Shown: in pieces, positions 57,092 to 64,000 of the stretch
Numbering within the stretch: position 1 is the first letter of the stretch
Layout of the letters: each line of letters begins with the position of its first letter
DNA from: Scenedesmus sp. PABB004
Taxonomy: Eukaryota
Assembly (NCBI GenBank): GCA_014905635.1
Contig: JABVCE010000017.1
Span: 62,001-126,000 of the forward strand
Length of the DNA stretch: 64,000 bases
Reading direction: 5' to 3'
Made by a program: the position numbers and the translations under genes
Notes under the pieces: generated by a model
The model's database searches: none
What the model saw: the letters and a program-made list of their open reading frames with translations, nothing else
Told to the model about the DNA's origin: nothing

Positions 57092-60000
57092 AGCAGGCGG
57101 ACGCTCTGGAGGCGGTATGGGAAGAGTGCGGCGAGGGGCCCAGCCGCTGGTTCCACCGCCTGGGCCGCGCGCCGGGCGGCGCGCAGCAATTTCACGCGCT
57201 CGCCCGCCCGGGCCAGCCCGCCGTGCCGCTTACCTCCAGGGCAGGCGTCCAGGAGGGCGGCCGCATCATCGCCGACTTCTTCGACGCGGACGTGCCGGGC
57301 GGCATGTTCGGCGTCCGGCACCGACCGACCGCCAGCAGCAGGACTGCATGCTGGACGCGCTGGACCGGCAGCTCTCGGCAGCCGAGCAGCGGGCCTGCCG
57401 CGGGCAGGACCCCGTGGGGCTGCTCACGTTCGCCGAGGCGGCGGCGGCGCTGGACAGCCTGCCGCGCGGCGCGGCGCCGGGCAGCGACGGCCTCACCTGC
57501 GAGGCCTACGCGGCCCTGTGGGAGGTGCTGGGCGAGCCGCTCGTCCAAGCCTTCAACTATCACTACCTCAACCAGGCCGCCGGCGCGCCGCAGCTCGCGG
57601 CGACGCAGCGGCTCGGGCTCATCACGCTGATCCACAAGGGCGGCCAGCCGCGCGAGGCGGTCAGCAGCTACCGCCCCATCACGCTGCTCAACGCAGACAC
57701 CAAGATCGCAGCCAAGGCCATCGTGCAGCGGCTCGCGCCCGCGCTCGGCTCCATCGTCGACGGCACGCAGACGGCGTTTGTGCCGGGCCGGGACATCGCC
57801 GACAACGTGCTCATGCACCTGGAGGCGATCGACCACGCGCGCGAGACGCGCGCGCCGGGCTGCCTGCTGTTCCTCGACTTCGCCAAGGCCTACGACCGCC
57901 TCGACCGCGGCTGGCTGTTCAGGTGCCTCGCGCGCATGGGCCTGCCCGACGCAACCACGCGCTGGGTCCGCCTGCTGCTCGCAGGCACGCGGCGCGCGCG
58001 TCGCCTTCAACGGCGGCCATGTCAGCCGCGAGTTCAGCGTGGCGTCGGGCTGCGCGCAGGGCAGCCCGCTCAGCCCGCTGCTGTATGTGCTGGCGGCGCA
58101 GCCGCTGGCGGCCATGTGCCGGCGCGTGCAGCGGCAGCCCGGTTTTGCCAGCCTGCGCTGCCCGGCGGCGCAGGGCCGGCGCCCTGCTGCCACCAGCACG
58201 CAGACGACACCACCCTGCACGCAGCGTCAGTGGAGAGCGCCAAGCGGCTGCTGGACGGCGCCGTCGCGCCGTTCTGCCTGGCCAGCGGCGCGCAGCTCAA
58301 CCTGGCCAAGTGCAAGGGCATGCTGCTGGGCAACCACCCGGCGCTGCAGCTGCAGCCGGATGGCAGCGGGCAGCTGGTCGAGTGCAGCACGGGCGTGTGC
58401 TTCCCGGACACAGAGCAGGCGCCGATCAGGCACCTGGGCGTGCTGCTCTCTGCCACCGGCGTCGAGCGGCACGCGGCGCAGCTTTACCGCGAGCGGCTGC
58501 GCACCATCACCTGCCGCATCGCGCACTGGTCGCGGTACGCGCTCACGCGCGCCGGGCCGCCGGCACGTTGCGCGCCAGGTGCTCGCGGCCTGCGTGGGCT
58601 GGCACGCGCAGTTTGTGCCGGTGCCGGCCGACCTCCTGCGCCTCATCCAGCGGCGCGTCACCGCCTACATCGTCGGCAACTGGTGCATCCGCGAGAGCGA
58701 CAACCGCATTATCAGGCAGGTTCCGCGGGCGGCCATCGCGTGCCTGCCCGCGAGCATGGGCGGCGAGGCGCAGGTCGACGTCGCGGCCTTCACCACGGCA
58801 ATGCTGGCCAAGACGGCCGCCAGGCTGCTGCACCCGGTGGGGGCGGCCTGGAAGCCACCCGCGGCGGCGCGCTTCGCGCGCGCGTTGCCTGGCCGGGGCA
58901 CCGCCGCCCTCGTGCAGGGCACCGCGCTGGAGCTGCGGGCGCAGCTGCCGTGGCGGTGGGGCGCGATCGCCTGCGCGTTTGCGGCTCTCGGCGTGCACCG
59001 GGTGATCCCCCACGGCAGCATGACCGTGGAGCAGATCAGGGTTGAGGCCCTGGTGGGCAACTGCAGCGTCGGCGCGGCCCTGGGCGGCGCGCGCATCGCG
59101 TCGCTCGAGGACCTGCCCGCGGAGCTGCGCAGCGACAGCCTCGGGCAGGCGGCGCCGCGCCTGCCGTGGCGGCCGCCGCCGACGGCGTCGTCATGCCGGG
59201 TGAGTGGCAGCAGGCACTCGCGCGCAGCGGGCCGAGCGCGCCGGGTTGGCAGGCGCTGCGGCCCAGCGCGGCGCCGCCGTCGCCGGGCGGCGGCGTGGTG
59301 CAGCAGCCCCAGCAGCCGCTGGCGGCGCTGCCGGTGGAGCAGCCGCCGCAGCCGCCGCCGCCGCCGCCGCCCGCCGTGCGGTGGGTACGGCGGTGGGCGC
59401 TGGGCGCGGCAGCGGCGAGCTTCTTTTTTTTTTTTTTTTTGTTACAATGGGTGACTAGACAAGGACCGAGCCCAGGGCGGCGAGCTTCTTCGAGGTGGGG
59501 CCTGACAGCAGGCTCCGCACGCCGAGCCCCGCCCGAGATAGTCGCGGCGGGGGGTGGGAGGACTGCTGCGTGGTGGACGCGGCGCAGGCGCCGCGGCCAG
59601 CGGCGGGCGCGCAGCGCGCGGCGGCCGGAGCGCCCGGGCAGCGGCGCCGGCGGAGCAGCCGGAGATGCACAGCAGGGCGCGGCGATGGTGCCTCGTGGGC
59701 TTCTGGCCTGACGTCCGCGTCGACCCCTCCGTGTGGGGGCTTGGGCACGCGGCCACGGTCATGCAGTTTACGGTGCGCGGCGCGACCCTGCGGCTGCTGC
59801 AGCTGCGCTGCGCGCGCGAGGTCACGCCGGCAGGGGGCTGGACGCCCGGCGTTGGCTGCGTGCCGGGCCTCTGGCGCGCCGGCTACGGCCAGGCCTGCCC
59901 GGCCAGCGCCATCGCGCGGCGGGAGGCGGGCCAGAAGCGCAGCTGGGCGGAGCGGCAGCGAGCCGAGACGCCAGACCCGGAGCCTGGGCTGCCGGCGTGG

Positions 60001-60969
60001 CAGAAAGTCTCGCCCCCGCGGCGCCACGTCATGGAGCGCGTCGGGCCGGCGGCGGCCGCTGCCGCCGCGGCGCGGCGCGAGGAGCATGAGCAGCGGCGGG
60101 AGCAGCAGCTGGAGTAGCGCAGGACCCTGGTTCAGGAGCCGGCGGCCAACGACCTCGTCGACCCGCTCACTGGTGCGACTGCGCCGCGCGCGCCGGCGAG
60201 CGCGCGGAGCCGCCCGCCTGGGTCGCCTGCTACGCGCGCGCGCAGCAGGCGCGCATGCCGCGCGCCCTGCGACACTTTGGCTGGAGCCTGCTGCACGGCG
60301 GGGTGCGCGTCAGCGGCGACAGGGTCTTCTCTTACCAGCGCGCGGCGCCGGAGCTGGCGGAGCTGGCGTGCCCGCACCCGCTCTGCCGCGCGCAGCAGCA
60401 GCCGCCGCTGGAGACGCTCGGCCACGTCCTCGGCGGATGCCCCGTGGCGGCGGCGGTGCTGCAGTGGTTTGCTCACCTCTGGGCGCGGCTGCAGCCGGGC
60501 TTCCCGCGCGCCGCGCCCCGCCCAGGGTGATGCTGGCGGACGACTTTGCCAGGTCGGGCGTCGCGCCGGAGCTGCAGCAGCTCTGGACGCACCTCCGCCT
60601 GCTGCTGCTGCGCGCCCTGCCTGCGCCGCGCGCGCGCGGCACGGCGGCGGCCAGCCCGGGCACGCGCCTGTGGCGGCGATTCGCATCTTCGTGTACTCGG
60701 TGCGCGACGCAGTCGTGCTGGATTGGCGTAAGGCAGCGATGGACGTGCGCGCGCTGGCGGGCGTGCCGCGCTCCTGGCTGTCGGGCTCCGGCAAGGAGCT
60801 CACTCGGGCAGATTTCGAACGCCGGTGGTGCCACCGAGGGGTCATCGCGCGCACGGGCCAGCACGGGGGCCGCTTCACAATGGAGTTCCGGCTCACCGCA
60901 GCGGGCGTGCGGGCTGCCGGCGCTGCCGGCGCCGGCGCGGCGCTGGCCCCGCCGGCGGCGCAGGACCCC

Positions 60970-61003
<34 letters not shown>

Positions 61004-61736
61004 AGCGCGGCGGCTAGCTGCAGGGGCCGGGGGGTCCGCGGCCGGGCTTGCTGCGACCCCGGCTGGCTGCGTGTCGCGCCTCTTCTGCAGCGTGCAAGGT
61101 TGGGCGGTGTCCGCCCGTGCCGCGGGGCTGGTGTCTGCGTGTTGGCGTCGCGCGGCGAGGGGGCTGCTGCCGATGGGGCCGGCCCCTGGCACCGCCGGCG
61201 TGTTTGGCGGCTGCACGCGCTCCGTGCGCGGCGGCTTGGCGTGCTGCCTGCCCGGTGGGGCGGCTTTCTCATCGGTGCGCGGCTTTCTCAGGGGTTTTTG
61301 CAGCAAAGCCAACTGTTGCCCCCTGGTGTGTGCGTGTGTCGTCGCGCGGCGCGGGGGCTGATGCCGCTGAGGCCGGCCCCTGCCGCCGCCAGCGTGGATG
61401 GCGTTTGCGCGTGATCTCTGCGCGGAGGCTTGGGGCCGGTGCACCTCGCTGCACCGATGCCCGGTGCGGCTCGCCGCACCGGAAGGGGGGTGTGCGGCCT
61501 GATTTGCTGCTGCCCCTTTGATTGCGGGGCATCACCTGGTCTCCTTGGGCGCCCGTTGGGCGTTGGCCTCTGGCTGTGCCGTTGGGTGATGTGTGTGCCC
61601 CCTCTCGGGGGGCGCCGGGGCGCGGTTTTTCACGAGGGGTTGCTGCGCTCTTCCCGTTGGAGCTTTTTTCAATGGGCTGCCCCTGGGCCTCGGTCCTTGT
61701 CTGGTCACCCATTGTAAAAAAAAAAAAAAAAAAAAA
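57092..61736 (+). mobile_element. 5'-truncated L1-clade non-LTR retrotransposon (RT + C-terminal zinc finger, frameshifted), 3'UTR and poly(A)
   Basis: WEECGEGPSRWFHR, APGSDGL, ITLIHKG..YRPITLLNADTKI, QTAFVPGRDIADN, LDFAKAYDRL, GCAQGSPLSPLLY, QHADDTT, LNLAKC, RHLGV, WSLLHG, CPHPLC..ETLGHVLGGCP. Stop at 61017, then TGT+A21 tail. No endonuclease or ORF1 present. Confidence 0.93.
59424..59476 (-). mobile_element. Antisense ultra-short LINE tail nested in the LINE
   Basis: T17-GTTACAATGGGTGAC... TSD GCGGCGAGCTTCTT. Confidence 0.9.
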
Positions 61737-61761
61737 GCGCGCTGAGCGGCAGCGGGGGCCG

Positions 61762-61827
61762 TTTTTTTTTTTTTTTTGTTACAATGGGTGACCAGACAAG
61801 GACCGAGGCCCAGGGGCAGCCCACTGA
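61762..61827 (-). mobile_element. Antisense ultra-short LINE tail in satellite
   Basis: Poly(T)-GTTACAATGGG...CCCACTGA. TSD AGCGGGGGCCGT. Confidence 0.9.
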
Positions 61828-62540
61828 AGCGGGGGCCGTCCTCTCCACGCGGGCGACGGCGCGGGCGCGTGCCGGGCGCGTGCGCCGGAGCTGCGGCGCC
61901 GGCCGCGGGCCCGCGCGCGCGCGCGCGCGGCGGCCCGGCACGGCGGCGCGCGCCGCCGGCGGTGCCCGGCGGGCCTGCGCGTGGCAGCGCGCTGAGCGGC
62001 AGCGGGGGCCGTCCTCTCCACGCGGGCGACGGCGCGGGCGCGTGCCGGGCGCGTGCGCCGGAGCTGCGGCGCGGCCGCGGGCCGCGCGCGCGCGCGGCGC
62101 GGCGGCCCGGCACGGCGCGCCGGCGGCGCGCGCCGCCGCGTGCGGCGGGCCTGCGCGTGGCAGCGCGCTGAGCGGCAGCGGGGGCCGTCCTCTCCACGCG
62201 GGCGACGGCGCGGGCGCGTGCCGGGCGCGTGCGCCGGAGCTGCGGCGCCGGCCGCGGGCCCGCGCGCGCGCGGCGCGCGGCGGCCCGGCACGGCGGCGCG
62301 CGCCGCCGGCGGTGCCCGGCGGGCCTGCGCGTGGCAGCGCGCTGAGCGGCAGCGGGGGCCGTCCTCTCCACGCGGGCGACGGCGCGGGCGCGTGCCGGGC
62401 GCGTGCGCCGGAGCTGCGGCGCCGGCCGCGGGCCCGCGCGCGCGCGGCGCGGCGGCCCGGCACGGCGGCGCGCGCCGCCGGCGGTGCCCGGCGGGCCTGC
62501 GCGTGGCAGCGCGCTGAGCGGCAGCGGGGGCCGTCCTCTC
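61828..62540. repeat. Continuation of the 172-bp satellite (~4 monomers)
   Basis: Same monomer and orientation as 46451-57091. Confidence 0.97.
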
Positions 62541-63441
62541 TTTTTTTTTTTTTTTTTTTGTTACAATGGGTGACCAGACAAGGACCGCGCTGGAGCTGCG
62601 GGCGCAGCTGCCGTGGCGGTGGGGCGCGATCGCCTGCGCGTTTGCGGCTCTCGGCGTGCACCGGGTGATCCCCCACGGCAGCATGACCGTGGAGCAGATC
62701 AGGGTGGAGGCCCTGGTTTTTTTTTGGTTTTTTTTTGTTACAACGGGTGACCAGACAAGGACCGAGGCCCAGGGGCAGCCCAAGGACCGAGGCCCTGGTG
62801 GGCAACTGCAGCGTCGGCGCGGCCCTGGGCGGCGCGCGCATCGCGTCGCTCGAGGACCTGCCCGCGGAGCTGCGCAGCGACAGCCTCGGGCAGGCGGCGC
62901 CGCGCCTGCCGTGGCGGCCGGCCGCCGACGGCGTCGTCATGCCGGGTGAGTGGCAGCAGGCACTCCGCGCGCAGCGGGCCGAGCGCGCCGGGTTGGCAGG
63001 CGCTGGGCCCAGCGCGGCGCCGCCGTCGCCGGGCGGCGGCGTGGTGCAGCAGCCCAGCAGCCGCTGGCGGCGCTGCCGGTGGAGCAGCCGCCGCAGCCCG
63101 CCGCCGCCGCCGCCCGCCGTGCGGTGGGTACGGCGGTGGGCGCTGGGCGCGGGCAGCGGCGAGCTTCTCAAGGTGGGCCTGACAGCAGGCTCCGCACCGC
63201 CGAGCCCCCGCCCGAGATAGTCGCGGCGGGGGGGTGGGAGGACTGCTGCGTGGTGGACGCGGCAGGCGCCGCGGCCAGCGGGCGGGCGCGCAGCGCGCGG
63301 CGGCCGGAGCGCCCGGGGCAGCGGCGCCGGCGGAGCAGCCGGAGATGCACAGCAGGGCGCGGCGATGGTGCCTCGTGGGCTTCTGGCCTGACGTCCGCGT
63401 CGACCCCTCCGTGTGGGGGTTTGGGCACGCGGCCACGGTCA
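62541..63441. mobile_element. Antisense LINE tail (62541-62587) fused to a sense internal LINE fragment (matches ~58921-59761)
   Basis: T19-GTTACAATGGGTGACCAGACAAGG-ACCG-CGCTGGAGCTG... The fragment lacks the 59424 insertion, so it is an independent copy. Confidence 0.88.
62717..62788 (-). mobile_element. Antisense ultra-short LINE tail nested in the second LINE fragment
   Basis: Interrupted poly(T) plus tail. TSD GAGGCCCTGGT. Confidence 0.88.
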
Positions 63442-64000
63442 TTTTGTTTTTTTTTTTATGTTACAATGGGTGACCAGACAAAGACCGAGGCCCAGGGGCA
63501 GCCCACTGAAAAAAACTCCAACGGGAAGAGCGCAGCAACCCCTCGTGAAAAACCGCGCCCCGGCGCCCCCCGAGAGGGGGCCCACACATCACCCAACGGC
63601 ACAGCCAGAGGCCAACGCCCAACGGGCGCCCAAGGAGACCAGGTGATGCCCCGCAATCAAAGGGGCAGCAGCAGATCAGGCCGCACACCCCCCTTCCGGT
63701 ACGGCGAGCCGCACCGGGCATCGGTGCAGCGAGGTGCACCGGCTCCAAGCCTCCGCGCAGAGATCACGCGCAAACGCCATCCACGCTGGCGGCGGCAGGG
63801 GCCGGCCTCAGCGGCATCAGCCCCCGCGCCGCGCGACGACACACGCACACACCAGGGGGCAGCAGTTGGCTTTGCTGCAAAAACCCCTGAGAAAGCCGCG
63901 CACCGACGAGAAAGCCGCCCCACCGGGCAGGCAGCACGCCAAGCCCGCCGCGCACGGAGCGCGTGCAGCCGCCAACACGCCGGCCGGCGCCAGGGGCCGG
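63442..64000 (-). mobile_element. Antisense LINE copy (3'UTR) running off the window end
   Basis: Reverse complement of ~61180-61715 preceded by degenerate poly(T). Confidence 0.92.

Noticed and set aside
57092..61017. Retron, group II intron, DGR or telomerase-type RT
   Set aside because: Motifs, C-terminal zinc finger, poly(A) tail and TSDs identify a non-LTR L1-clade element.
57092..61017. Programmed frameshifting in the LINE ORF
   Set aside because: Many frameshifts in GC runs, matching decay or long-read indel errors seen throughout the window.

Overview
Very GC-rich eukaryotic nuclear DNA with many short introns. The intron style, the OPR-RAP genes and the TGTAA poly(A) signal point to a chlorophyte green alga, plausibly Sphaeropleales (inference). 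The first ~45 kb is gene-dense. It holds an L-lactate permease-family transporter, two OPR-RAP genes in an inverted duplication around a PP2C gene, and TRAPPC4. It also holds two copies of an unrecognised secreted Cys-rich/EF-hand-like protein in a second inverted duplication around a CCR4-like EEP nuclease and KAP3/FLA3, and two divergent glycosyltransferases. After a tRNA-Ser(CGA) and a ~1 kb TIR element, the sequence switches to a ~10.6 kb array of a ~172-bp satellite. The right part of the array is invaded by one L1-clade LINE family: a 4.6 kb 5'-truncated copy, a second internal fragment, six ultra-short poly(A)-tailed 3'-end insertions (most with TSDs) and one longer antisense 3' piece. 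Several are nested antisense inside the LINE itself. The best candidate for a new system is this satellite plus region-targeted LINE domain, a candidate centromere or subtelomere edge. Exon boundaries were inferred by eye, and scattered indels suggest long-read errors.
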